A DNA stretch of 64,000 nucleotides, from positions 69,254,001 to 69,318,000 of the forward strand of contig OX597824.1 of NCBI GenBank assembly GCA_951406725.2, read 5' to 3'. Positions 40,381-54,284 of this stretch are shown piece by piece. This DNA comes from Octopus vulgaris. Lineage: Eukaryota. Numbering within the stretch: position 1 is the first letter of the stretch; each line of letters begins with the position of its first letter. The notes under the pieces are model-generated. The model saw nothing but the letters and a program-made list of their open reading frames with translations, had not been told where the DNA came from and ran no database searches. Made by a program: the position numbers and the translations under genes.

Positions 40381-40595
40381 AGGCTGTGGCTGTGTGGTAA
40401 GGAGCGTGCTTACCAACCACATGGTTCCGGGTTCAGTCCTACTGTGTGGCACCTTGGGTAAATGTCTTCAACTGTAGCCTAGGCCCGAACAAAGAGACTT
40501 GTGAGTGGATTTAGTAGACGGAAACTTAAAGAAGCCCGTTGTATATAAGTATACACACACACAGGTATATAATATATATATATATATATATATAC

Positions 40596-40647
<52 letters not shown>

Positions 40648-40860
40648 TTGTGCGTGTGTCTGTGTTTGTTCCTCCACCATCGCTTGACAACCAATGTTGG
40701 TGTGTTTACGTCCCCATAACTTAGCGGTTCGGCAAAAGAGCTCGATATAATAAGTATCAGGCTTACAAAAAATAAGTCCTGGGGTTGAGTTGTTCTACTA
40801 AAGGCGGTGCTCCAGCATGGCCACAATCAAAATGAATGAAACAAATGAAAAGACTAAAAG
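40381..40860 (+). mobile_element. SINE-D, full length, expanded internal microsatellite
   Basis: Head gtggctgtgtggtaag; tail ccagcatggccacaatc. Confidence 0.88.
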
Positions 40861-40927
40861 AATTACTAAAACATGAACAACAACAATGATAACATCAATA
40901 TGAATGACAAAAGCAACTAGAATAAAT

Positions 40928-41394
40928 ACGATTTCAAATTTAAGCACAAGGCTAGCAATTTTGGAGGAAGGGGTGTGTCAACAATATCGACCCCAATACT
41001 CAACTGGTACTTATTTTATCGACCCGAAATGGATAAAAGACAATGACTTGAACTCAGCAACACTTGAACTCAGAACGTGAAAAATCAGAAGACGTGCTGC
41101 TGCGCATTTTGCCCGGCGTACTAACGATTCTGCTAGCTCGGTGCCTTAACAACCAGAGTAATAAACCTTTTTACAAAAGGCACAAGGTCTGAGAATTTGA
41201 GGGTGAGTAGGGGGTAAGTCGAATACATCGCCCTCCCCCCATCCCCCAATGTTTTACTGGCGCTTAATTTATCCACCCCGAAAGGTTGAACGGCAAAGTC
41301 GACACCGGCGGAATTTGAACACAGAACGTTGCGGCAGACGAAATACCGCTAAGCATTTCGCCCGACATGCTAACGCTTCTGCCAGCTCGCCGCC

Positions 41395-41446
<52 letters not shown>

Positions 41447-41493
41447 CCATCACCATCACCATCACCATCACCATCACCATCATCATCATCATC

Positions 41494-41538
<45 letters not shown>

Positions 41539-41990
41539 CCTTTCTACTGTAGACACAAGGCCAGAAAATTTGGTGGAAATTTGGTACATCGACCCCAGTT
41601 CGTAACTGGTGGTTATTTCATCGACCCCAAAGGATTAAAAGCAAAGCTGTAATCGGCCGAATTTGAACTCAGAAGGTAGCGGCAGACGAAATGCCGCTAG
41701 GCATTACGCCCGAAGTGCTAACGATTCTGCCAGCTCATTGCCAAGTAATAATAATAATAATAATAATAATAATCTTTTCTACTATAGGCACAAGGCCTGA
41801 AATCTTAAGGGAGGGGGTCTAGTTGATTACATTGACCCCAGTACTCAACGGGTATTCATTTCTTCGAAACTAAAAGGATAAAAGGTGAAGTCGGCGTCAG
41901 CGTCACTCGAACCCAGAACGTAAAAACGCCAGAAGAAGCGCTGCAAAGCATTTTCGCCGGCGTGCTGACGATTCTGCCATCTCGCCGCCT
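40928..41990 (-). mobile_element. Array of four head-to-tail SINE-C copies, separated in part by CAT/CAA/TAA repeats
   Basis: Copies at about 40928-41148, 41165-41395, 41537-41743 and 41773-41990. Confidence 0.85.
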
Positions 41991-42340
41991 CAACATCAAT
42001 ATCAACAACATTCACATCATCATATAACAACAACCTTCACGTAATATGCCTCATCGTAAACTTTTCTCGTAAGAGCAACCTACTTCCGTAAAATCTTAAC
42101 AATTCACCCTCACCCGCACACACAGCCCACTTCCTATTCCTAACACCATAGTGTACTTCTATGTATATTCCCGATGACGTTTGTTGTCATTACTACAGCA
42201 GCAGTTGTTATCGTTGTTATTGTTGCCATTGCTGTTGTTGTTGTTGTTGTTGCTGCTGTATGGTGATGGTAGTGGTGATCGTGGTGGCGGCGGCGGTGGC
42301 CGCGGCGGTGGTGCAAGTGGGCGGAGGTTCCGTGTCATTG

Positions 42341-42342
<2 letters not shown>

Positions 42343-42404
<62 letters not shown>

Positions 42405-42407
42405 TCA

Positions 42408-42459
<52 letters not shown>

Positions 42460-42470
42460 CATTATCAATA

Positions 42471-42532
<62 letters not shown>

Positions 42533-42548
42533 ATTATCATTATCAATA

Positions 42549-42604
<56 letters not shown>
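42343..42604. repeat. (ATT)n microsatellite
   Basis: Direct reading. Confidence 0.98.
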
Positions 42605-42606
<2 letters not shown>

Positions 42607-42899
42607 GGACGACGTTGATTGTGATTGCGATAGTGATACGCTTGATGGCCGATGGGTGGAGCAGCGTCATTGTTTGTCCACCAAATGGCGAGAAACAGAA
42701 TAAAAGAACCAATTACTGCCTTTGTCTCTTTGTTTCGACGTCGTCGACTCAGTCAGGCCATCATCTTAACATTATATGTATTTCATGCAAACAAACACTA
42801 GCGGTTCTGCGACCACATCTACATGTAAATGCGTATACATGTATGCGTATGAAAGTATGTGTTTGCTCGTGCAATTATAAATATGTCTGTTTGTGCATT

Positions 42900-43328
<429 letters not shown>

Positions 43329-43480
43329 TTTTTATGTTTATATAATATATATTACATAATATATTATACATAATAAAATATATATACGTGTGTCAGAGAC
43401 TGTGAGTGTATCTGTACTTATTTGTATCAAAATATATGTATAACAAAGACAGAAACACACGCACACACACACACACACAA

Positions 43481-43516
<36 letters not shown>

Positions 43517-44050
43517 CTCCAAAACATATTTAAAAACAATGTCTTCAAGACTAAAAAAAAGGTGTCGGTTTATTAACGCAAAGATCAAATTTCTACAATA
43601 ACAACAACAAAAAAAAACACACATACACACAACATAAAAACGAAAAACTAAAGCGAAAAAAAAAATCACGTCTTACCTACCCCTATTTACCCCCAAAACG
43701 CAGCCACACACCCGACAAATAATCGATAGAAAAATAAAAATAGGAGAGACAAGACAAATCAATACCCATAGAAAAGGGGAATAAAAAACGCGTTATGAGG
43801 TAAGAAAGCGTTTAAAAGGCGGAGCAGTTATTTTCCTTTTCTTAAATATTTCCTTTATTTTATTTGAAATACCCCTATATTATGTACTGCATCCACCCTC
43901 ATCCGTTCATCCTATATTTGGGAAAAGACTTTATATTTTAAAATATAGGGAAACAAAAAATATAATATTCTGTTGTTTGTTCACATTTACCATGGCGTAA
44001 CCGCTCCTTTATAGACCTTACCCCCTTTGCCCAATAAAGAAAAAGGTTAC

Positions 44051-44084
<34 letters not shown>

Positions 44085-44198
44085 GAACACGTATATACAG
44101 TTGATTTTTTTCTGTTAGTTCCCACAAATAAAATTTTACAAACACAAACACCCCCACCACACACACATACACACATATTTACGAATGTACTGAGACAT

Positions 44199-44238
<40 letters not shown>

Positions 44239-44362
44239 GTATAGATGATATAAGAGTGTGTGTGCGCATATATATATATATACTCATACATATGTAATAT
44301 ATATATATATATGTATAGACGTATGAATACATAATATATATCTATATCTATCTATCTATCTA

Positions 44363-44398
<36 letters not shown>

Positions 44399-44465
44399 TG
44401 TGTGTATATATATATATACTCATATATATGCAATATATATATATGTAAAGACGTATGTATAGATA

Positions 44466-44522
<57 letters not shown>

Positions 44523-44568
44523 CATACATACATACGTACGTACGTACATATCTCTTTCTTTCTATCTT

Positions 44569-44608
<40 letters not shown>

Positions 44609-45389
44609 TACACAGATATCGGAAGATAAAAAAAAATTAAGTCTCTTATTTGAAGATAAAAAATACAGGCATTTGTTTCAACGATTTCAGATTTTCATTC
44701 TTTATTATTATCTTTTCTTTCCTTTCGTTATTCCCCTTAGAACTGTTTTCGCTTTTATTTATTTTTTTTCCCCGATAGCCATAGATGCGTAACTATATTT
44801 TCCCTCTATAGATCGTTCAATGATCGTAGTTATTATCATCATTATTGTCAATATTACATAACTTTAGACTGTGTGTTATGTATCAGGGATTTTGCACATT
44901 GATGATTTTGCTACACCCTGTTTCGCTATGTTTTATGGGTTCTTTTTTTATAGTTTTATTTATTTATTTATTTATCTATTTATTTATTATCATCGCCAAT
45001 GCGTTAAAAGATTTTTGTATTTCTGGTATTCTTGTAAGAAATAAAAATCAACATTTGTTATTATTGGATTGGGTGGATCGTTAACAGTGTTATGTCAGCC
45101 ATCATGTTGTATTTATTTCGGTTCCTTACATTTTGAGTTCAAATTCCACCGTGGTAAACTTCATTTTTTATCATTGTGGGTTCGATGAAATAAAGTTCTG
45201 CTAGGCTGTATAGTAAATAGCTTGCTTCCCAACTACATGGTTCTGGGTTAAGTCCCATTTCAAGATGTGTAGCAGCATTTCTTCCGGCTCTGTATGCTCT
45301 AGTCTAGTGCCAAAATTTGTGTAAGGTAAGTGTCAGAGGAAAAAATACCTTGCATTCATTCATACGGCTCTTTAGTAGGTACCGTAGGC

Positions 45390-45965
45390 TTGCGAGCTGG
45401 CAGAACCATTAGCACGACGGGCGAAATGCTTAGCCGTATTTCGTCTGCCGTTACGTTCTGAGTTCAAATTCCGCCGAGGTCGACTTTGCCTTTCATCCTT
45501 TCAGGGTCGATTAAAAAAGTACCAGTTACGCAGTGGGGTCGATATGATCGACTGAATCCCTTTGTCTGTCCTTGTTTGTCCCCTCTGTGTTTAGCCCCTT
45601 GTCGGTAGTAAAGAAATATGTATTTCGTCTGCCCTTACACCCAGAGTTCAAATTCCGCCGAGGTCGACTTTGCCTTTTATCCATTCGGGGTCGATAAATT
45701 AAGTGCCAGTTACGCACTGGGGTCAATATAATCGACTTAATCCGTTTGTCTGTCCTTGTTTGTCCTCTTTGTGTTTAGCCCCTTCTGGGTAGTAAAGAAA
45801 TAGGTACTTTGTCTTTATGTTCTGAGTTCACATTCCGCCGAGGTCGATTTTGCCTTTCATCCTTTCGGGGTCGATAAATTAAGTACCAGTTGCGTACTGG
45901 GGTCGATCTAATCGACTGGCCTCCTACCCTAACGCTTCGGGCCTGGTGCCTAGAGTAGAAAAGAA
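45390..45965 (+). mobile_element. SINE-C concatemer: head + tail-1 unit, tail-1 unit, tail-3 unit
   Basis: Restarts after agtaaagaaata at about 45620 and 45805; an opposing minus copy follows at 46045-46210. Confidence 0.88.
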
Positions 45966-46682
45966 CATTTAGTAGGTACCGTTTTCAAATTTTGTCAAAT
46001 TTGCCTTTCGTCCTTTCGGTATCGATAAAATATATTCTTTACATCGAACACAGTACGCAGCTGGTACTTAAGTTATCGACTCCACCCCCCACCGAAAGGA
46101 TGAAAGGCAAAGTCGACCTCAGCGGAATTTGAACTCAGAACGTAAAGACAGACGAAATACCGCTGATCATTTCGCCCGGCGTGCTAACGTTTCAGCCAGC
46201 TCAACGCCTTATCGATGAAATATATTACCGGTCACAAGTATTGAAGTCGAATCGTTCCATCGAAAAATACCGGTCTTGTGATTCAATTAAAAATAATCAA
46301 GATTGGGCGAATTGTCAGAGTTTTAGGGCAATTTGCTTTGACTCTCTGCATTTTGGATTCAAATCCCAACGTGGACAGCTATAACTTTCGCCTTTCGTGG
46401 TCGATAAACTAAAGTAGTAGTGCAAAATGCTTAGAGCAAATAACTAGAGGGTTCTAGAAGCATCAAGTCGACTCTGTACATGAAAGGAGTAAACTCTTAG
46501 ACTTCTTAGTGTGGTACACGTTAACAAATAGCATTGATTTTCCAGAAGACGAGGAGTCAATATTGTTATGGATTCCCACGTGCGATAATATAGAAAATAA
46601 TTCAAGCCATGGTACATCGTATATATATAATACATACACACACATACACACGTGTGTGTGTGTGTGTGTATATACATATATA

Positions 46683-47568
46683 TTGAGATATCCCATAAAT
46701 AATGCGAGTTTTTATAGTCATTTTATTTTTCAAAATTAAAGTCCTTTTTGAATCTAGAATATACTCTCATTCATTTTCTACAATGCTCTTCCATCTATCT
46801 GGTTGACTTGCAAGGCTTCTCTTCCAAAATTCACTTGTCCGTGTCAAAAATACTCCTCCAGTACTGTTCTGATCTCATCTACAGATTTCCTAATTTTTCC
46901 GTCCAAATGATTCTTAAGACTGCAGAATAAATGACAATCAGAGGGAACAATGTCCGGCGAATATGATGGGTGGGGCAGAGCTTCCCATTCAAACTCCTCC
47001 AGTCTTTGGAATGTAATCCTCGCTATATGTGGCCGAGAACAGTCCCGATGGAAGAACATCTTCCGTCTTGAAACCGAAGATAATCGTTCTCCGATAGCAA
47101 GCAGATGTCGATGAATGGTTGAATGACCAAATCCAAGCTTCTCTGCTAGTTCCTCGACAGTTACGATGGGATTTTGTTCCACCAGGGTTTGCACGACATC
47201 CTTATCGAGCTCTACAAATACTCCTGGATGAAGTTCGTCTTCTAGATTGTAGTTTCCGGCTCAGAATTTCTGGAATCACAGTTGACACTGGTTTACACTT
47301 CTTGTCCGATTCTCATATACTGCATTAATATTCCGTGCACTTGTTGCATAAATCAAACTATGCTGAATATACTCCTTTGTTACTTCCATCATAGGTTTAA
47401 AAAATATCTGTTAAAAACGAGCTGCACTCTTCAAAATTTGCACTAAGAATAAGGAGCTAAAATTACTACCTGCTTTTATAACAAGTTGATGCAGGTAGTT
47501 TATCCCGTCCTTCTCCGACTTTTAGTTCATGCAAATGAAGAAACCGCATTATTTATGGGATGACCCAA
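46683..47568 (-). mobile_element. Mariner (DD34D) with both TIRs, internally deleted
   Basis: TIRs ttgagatatcccataaataatgcg / cgcattatttatgggatgacccaa; ORF TVEELAEKLGFGHSTIHRHL joined to FHRDCSRPH..PHPSYSPDIVPSD. Confidence 0.92.
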
Positions 47569-47844
47569 ATGATTGGTTATATATATATAAAGTGTATGAT
47601 TAATTTACGGAATGAAGTTCTACAAATCCAATCATCTTTGTCAACAATGGAGGAGATAAGATGTTGAAAAGTTGTAAAAAGTGTATTCATGCATGCAATT
47701 GTTTCGTACATATATAATAAATTCATATTTGAATTTGAAAATCATTATAGTACTCATCAGTGCATACATACATATATATATTGTTGTTGTTAGGATGCCC
47801 ATGTTAACACACAGAGGATTCGATCAGAATGATATTTATATATA

Positions 47845-48277
47845 TCTCTTCTACTCTTCTACTTGTTTCACTCATTTGACTGTGGAGATGCTGGAGCACC
47901 ACCCTGAAGAGTTTTAGTAGAATAAATCGACCCCAGGGCTTATTTTTTAAGCCTAGTACTTATTTTATTGGGCACTTTGCCGAACTGCTATATCACGGGG
48001 ACATAGACATACCAACACTAGTTGTCAACGTGTGATGGGGGACAAACATAGACTCAAAGATACACACATAGGTACACAGGCGTACACACATATATATATA
48101 TATGTATATTTGTGACAGGCTTCTTTCAGTTTCCGTCTACCAAATCCACTCACAAGGCTTTGGTAGACTCGAGGTTATAGGAGAAAATACTTGCTCAAGC
48201 TACCACATAGTGGGGCGGAACTCGAAACCATATGGTCGAGAAGGAAGCTTCTTACCCCACAGCTATGCCTGCGCCTA
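47845..48277 (-). mobile_element. SINE-D, full length, diverged
   Basis: Family D head, microsatellite and tail in reverse complement. Confidence 0.82.
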
Positions 48278-49441
48278 TATATAAAGATTACACATAACTT
48301 GGAAACTGGTGAAAATAATAACTAGGCAAATTTCTATCTAAAATATCAACCAGTTATCGACTTATAATGTACTTGTAAATATATTCAGCTGTCAACTGAA
48401 AAATACCTGAATAGCCCAATGAAGCATAAAGGGTAAGACTATATGTAGACTAGTGAAACATCAGATCTCAGCAAACACAGACATACCGACTGATTGATTT
48501 CATTAAACAAAGCTTTAATATTAAGCAGTATCTCTAACAAGGGTTAAGTAGTTTTATTTAAAAATCGAAACATACTTCCGGAATAGAATAGATGTTACAA
48601 TTGTAAATACGACAGTAGAGTTCAGTTGGTGAATTAAAGAAAACGATAGCTCAAGACTGCAAGTAAAGGAAAATGTTTCTGAAAATGGCGATGATTGTCT
48701 GAGCAAAGACTTGTAGACAGTGTTTTTCCAGTTGGGTATTAAGGAAATAAGTGTCATGCGTGAAGCAGAGACCAATGAGAATCAAGTACATCAAACATGT
48801 CACGAATAAATATTAAAAAATATATTACAGACCAAAACAAAGGAGGTAATTGTTAAAGCAAGATGGTTTTGTACCAGAAAAATATTCAAACTATACTCTC
48901 TCCCTATCCCATCTTTCTCTCTACTTTATTCTCTTTCTCTGTCTGTCTATCTGTCTCTCTGCATCTCTGTCTCTTACTCAGACTCGCCCATATATTTCCT
49001 GTTTGGCGCTAATACCTTTAGCCAACATCCTGCATTATTCAACCATTTCCTGTAAATTGACGACATCCAATTGTATGCTGTGGATGAGAAACAACTGGAG
49101 ACAATGCTACATGCTGTCCATCGGTTCAATTGGGAAGTTGTCATCAAGTTCAGTTTGATTGAAACTGGTCAAAACAACTTAGAAGAGAGAAAAATTAAGA
49201 TGAAACGCTAATGTCATGTTAGATAAAGACACAGAAGGTAGAGCATTAGACCAATCACAGACTCACAATTATTGCGGAATCAAACGTACTTGAAAGAGTA
49301 CAACACACACAAGACGAAGGAAGGGTCAGAAAAAATATATTTTAGATGATTTAGATTATTATTAAAAAGTGAAGTAAATATAAACAATAAGGGAATAGAC
49401 ATTAAACACTTATCTATTTCACTAATGAATTATTGCTTGCT

Positions 49442-49522
49442 TAAATGTTCTCAACCGGATGCTAAATGTTCTCAACCGGATGCTAAATGTTCTCAACCGG
49501 ATGCTAAATGTTCTCAACCGGA
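49442..49522. repeat. Perfect 21-bp minisatellite taaatgttctcaaccggatgc, 3.9 copies
   Basis: Direct reading. Confidence 0.97.
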
Positions 49523-49719
49523 CTAGATACGAAAATAAGGCAAATTATAATTGAATTTTCTTTACATCGCCCAAAATAACTAACATTGCAAGATTACAGT
49601 TATCTCGAACTTAGCAACGAATGAGTTTTCTTTAACCGAAGAATATTGAAAGAATTTCCTGTAGGACGACTCTAAAAGGCTGATTGGAACAGCAAGTAGA
49701 GTGGTGGATATGTTAAATA

Positions 49720-49932
49720 CTGGTTTCAAATTTTGATACAAGGCTAGCAGTTTCGTGGGAGGGGATAAGTTGATAACATCAACCCCAGTATTCAACTGGT
49801 AACTTATTTTATCGACCCCGAAAGGATGGAAGGTATGGTCAAATTCGGCGGCATTTGAACCTGAACTAGAGGCAGACGAAATGCCGCAAAGCAGTTTGTC
49901 CGGCGTGCTATCGATTCCGCCAGCTCACTGTC
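49720..49932 (-). mobile_element. SINE-C, tail type 2
   Basis: tggtttcaaattttgatacaagg...attccgccagctc. Confidence 0.82.
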
Positions 49933-50319
49933 TTGGATATATTAAATGTTACTTTGCAACCTTTGATCTGAAGCTTAGTGCTCTGCGTGGTTGTCAGAAG
50001 AAAAGAAAAGTTGCGTAAGATGCCAAGTGATAGCTTTTCCGATTCTTCGCATTGTCACCGAAATGTCTGCAGTCATATTTATGCCATACCGATTTGGCCC
50101 AAAATAATAGCCTACCCCTTGGATTAAACATTGGTGACATTGAGAGAGAAGGCTTGCAAGCATAGACAACAGCCAGTCTTCAAAGATACAGTGTCCAGGT
50201 CGGTATATACTTCTATAGTTCCATACCCTAAGTTGAGCGTCGGAAACCTTATAGCTCTAAAGGAAATATCAAGTAAGAAATAACGGGAACGTTATATAAA
50301 GCAATAACAATGAAAAAAG

Positions 50320-50990
50320 TAAATAAACGGTTTTTGAATTTCAAGAAAACGGATAACAATAAAACAGCAGCTGAAATAATACTGAGTGTGAAGATGATGG
50401 CGAAACAATGGGGTAAAACAGCAATTGAAATACTTTTAAAATGACAATTAAAAATGGAATTACAAAACATCTTTCGAAGACGCTGTTATGGAAATCTCTT
50501 ACATCTTTATATATAAAAGTAAGGTTGTGTGTCTGTCTCCTACGATTCAGATTCCTAACTACTCCCACATTTTGCGGTGCATGTTAACCAAAACCGGGTA
50601 TCTTATAGTCGTGATTCATATCGAGCCCTTCTGGGTATTAGCGCGCGTCTACCATGAGTCTACGATTTAAAAAAAAAATTACCATCATTTTTTTTCCATT
50701 TTAATGCATTTTTTTCGCTATTATATTAGGGAAGTAACTCTCTAAAAATGTCTACTATAAGTCAACGATTTAAAAAAAAAATTACCATCAATTTTTTCCC
50801 ATTTTTAATGCACTTTTTTGATATTTTTTGGCTATAACTCTCTAAAAATGCTTATATAGTTATTTCCCTTACAAACCCGAGCAACGCCGGGCGATACTGC
50901 TAGTGATAAATAAAAGACAAAGCAGAGGACATAGGAGGGTCCGAGGAGTTTCTGATTTCAGCCAACGAAGTTATTCTCACAATTTCTTCT
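50320..50990 (+). pseudogene. Possible very old mariner N-terminal remnant split by a Helitron
   Basis: Weak resemblance to the mariner HTH region (FEF..KTAAEII..FEDA). Confidence 0.3.
50504..50903 (+). mobile_element. Non-autonomous Helitron H1
   Basis: A|TCTTTATATATAAAAG..cccgagcaacgccggg..CTAG|T. Confidence 0.92.
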
Positions 50991-51177
50991 ATCTCTAATC
51001 ATTCCATTTGATGGATTTTTACATCAAATAGTATTTTTACTATTTGTAAATAGCATTTTACTGTTTACCTCCATGTAATATTTGCACTAAATAATTTTTA
51101 TATATGTAAACGAAAGTGTATGCAAGATATCTGTATATCTTTAAGATAGCTTGCTAGAGCTAGTGCACGCATACATA

Positions 51178-51560
51178 TTCTTTTATTCTTTTATTTGTCT
51201 CAGTCATGTGACTGCGGCCATGCTGGAGCACTGCCTTTAGTCCAACAAATTAATCCCAGAACTTATTCCTTGTAGGCCTAGTGCTTATTCTATCGGTCTC
51301 TTTTGCCGATCAGCTAGGTTACTGGGACGTAAACACAGCGATGGTGGTGGTGGGGACAAAACAGACACACAAACATATACATGTATATATACTTATATAT
51401 ACGACGGGCGTCTTTCAATTTCCGTCTACCAAATCCACTCACTAGGTTTTGGTCGGCCCGAGGATATAGTAGAAGACACTTGCCCAAGGTGCCACGCAAC
51501 AGGACTGAACCCAGAACCATGAGGCTGGTAAGGAAGCTACTTACCACACAGCCACTCCTA
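51178..51560 (-). mobile_element. SINE-D
   Basis: Family D in reverse complement; abuts the truncated 5' end of the mariner. Confidence 0.85.
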
Positions 51561-51566
51561 TATATA

Positions 51567-52684
51567 GAATTTTACCTTCTCCTTATTCTTAGTTCAAGTT
51601 TTGAAGAGTGCAGTTCGATTTTAACAGTGATTTTTGCAAAGCTATAATGAAACTGACAGAAGAATATATTCGACATATTTTGCCTTTATATTTTGCAATA
51701 ATGGCAACAAAGCAACGGAAAATGCGATGAATATTAATGCAGTATATGGGGATTACACAATAAATGCTAGCCAGTGTCAGTGGTGGTTCCAGAGATTCCG
51801 AGCCGGAAACTACAATCTAGAAGACGAGCCTCGTTTTGAAAGATCTGCAAAACTCGAAGAGGAACTAGCAGGGACGCTTGGATTTGGCCATTCAACCATT
51901 CATTGACACCTGCGTGCTATCGGAAAAGTCAGCAAATTGGGTCAATGGGTTCCTCACAAACTTTCCGAGTTTAATCAGCCATGGAGAGTGAATGTGTGTT
52001 CTCCTTTGCTGCCATGTCTCATGAATGAACCTTTTTTTGCGCCGAATAGTGACTGGTGACGAGAAATGGTCAAGCGCCGAAGACAGGGGATAAAGAAAGG
52101 AGAAACATCGGCATCCCAGGCTAAAGGAGGTCTTCACCTACGTAAAGTGTTGTTATCTGTTAGGTGGGATATGAAAGGTTTAGTCCACTTTGTTCTTTTA
52201 AAACCAAACCAAACAATAACAAAGGAGATCCACTGCGAACAGCTTGAACGGCTTAAGTCGGCGCTAGAAGAAAAACGGCAATCTTAGGTTTCAAGGCGAA
52301 AGGTGTTCTTCCATTAGGATAATGCTCGGCCACATAGAGTGAGGATGACATTCCAAAGGCTGGAGCAGTTTGAATGTGAAACGATGCTCCACCCAAAATA
52401 TTTGCTTGACATTGCTCCATTTGATTATAATCTATTCTGCATTCTTAAAAATCATTTGGACGGAAAAAATATGAATTCTGTAGACGAGGTCAGAACAGTA
52501 CTGGAGGAGTATTTTCCATCAGGAACAAGTGAATTTTGAAAGAGGAGCCTTGCAAGTCTACCAGATAGATCGAAGAGCACTGTAGAAAATGAAGGAGAGT
52601 ATATTTTAGATTGAAAAAGAACTTTGTTTATCTTTAATTTTGAAAGATAAAAGAAGTATAAAAAACCGCATTATTTATGGGATA
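51567..52684 (+). pseudogene. Mariner transposase pseudogene (ATG about 51647 to TGA 52614) with 3' TIR
   Basis: CQWWFQRFRAGNYNLEDEPR, WVPHKL, IVTGDEKW, KVLLSVRWD, H*DNARPH, DIAPFDYNLF; TIR ccgcattatttatgggat. Confidence 0.95.
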
Positions 52685-52957
52685 GAGAGGGAGAGAAACA
52701 GAGAGAGTGATGGTGACTATGTTTGTGTTTGTGTCGACACATATTAAGGAGATAAATATGCATTAACGAACACAGAAATCGACAGACGGTGGGGAGAGCA
52801 GAAATCGGAAGAAGTTATTCGAGAACGAGAGAGTGAGAACGAGAGAGTGACAGAGAGAGAGACGGACAGACAGACCAACAGACAAACAGACAAACAAACA
52901 GAGACAGAGAGAGACAATCGGAGTTATAGTGATTATTGAGTAGTCAAAGTGGTGGAT

Positions 52958-52998
<41 letters not shown>

Positions 52999-53271
52999 TC
53001 GGCAGAGAGGAAAAGAAAGAGAGAGAGAGAGAAAAAAAACAGAAGGAAAACCTGGAAGAAAGAAGAGGAAGAAAGCGGAGGGGAGGGAGATATAGGGGGC
53101 AGATAGAGTGAGACTATTATATACCATATAAACCATTGAGCAATAAACCACCACCAATAATAGACCAATAACACACCGATAAAACAACTATTAAAATGGC
53201 GGGATCGTGCATTTGAATAATGGTAAAAGAATGGCTCTGAGTATGTGCATGCGTGTATGTGTGTATGTATA

Positions 53272-53374
<103 letters not shown>

Positions 53375-53699
53375 TATATGTGTGTATATATATATGTACA
53401 TGTATATATATATATATATATGCATGTATGTGTGAGCCCATTTGTGTAAATGTATATCTATAAGTTTATGTTATTTTGTGAATGCGTGTATGTGGTTTGT
53501 ATGTGCGTTTCTCTTCTGTGCAATTGTCTGCGTACGTTATCATCATAAGTGGTATCTCCGTGAGTTAACCACAGACTTAGAGGAGCGGATTGGTGGTGGT
53601 GCTGGTAGTGGTGCTAGGGGTAGTGGTAGTGGTGGTGGTCATATTATACGTGCGCGTGTGTGTGGTGGGGAGAGGCAATAAATAAAAATCAAAGAGAAG

Positions 53700-54270
53700 G
53701 GAGAGCAGATGGAATCTTAAAAAAAGGAGGGAAGAAGACGAGGAGGAGGAGGAGGAGGAGGAGGAGGAGGAGGAGGGAGAAAAGGGGAGGAAGAGAAGGC
53801 GAAGAAGAAGATGGGTAGGAGGAGGTGGAGGAGGAGTAAGAAGAGGAGGTGCATGCGGGGAGGAGGTGCAGGAGGAGGAGGAACCGAAGAAGGAAACTGG
53901 GAGGAAGAATAAGAAGCCACCACCACCACCACCACCAATATCACCACTAACACCCTCTCTAACAACATCAACAACGATGACCCCAATATCACCAAAGCTC
54001 CAATCAAACACATCCAACTGCAATACGAACAGCACATCCAAAATCAACCTCTACTAACACCACCATCAAACTACCAACATAACCACCATTACCTGCATCA
54101 TCTCCACCGCCACCACCACCAAGAACGTCAACTCCAGCTATACCAACACCAACAATGCCAACTACCACCATCAAGAACAACAACAGCACAAGCAAAATCT
54201 CCACCAACACCAACAAAAATGCCACCACCAACACCGACTCCAACAGCACCACCTCCAGCACCAACGACAC
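53700..54270. repeat. (GGA)n polypurine tract then degenerate (CAC/CAA) repeats
   Basis: Direct reading. Confidence 0.85.
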
Positions 54271-54284
54271 TAGTCGTAATAATA

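Noticed and set aside
49442-49522. Possible CRISPR array
   Set aside because: Repeats are contiguous with no spacers, there are no cas genes, and the context is eukaryotic.
51634-52539. Functional or domesticated SETMAR-like gene
   Set aside because: Multiple stops, frameshifts and deletions; no SET domain.
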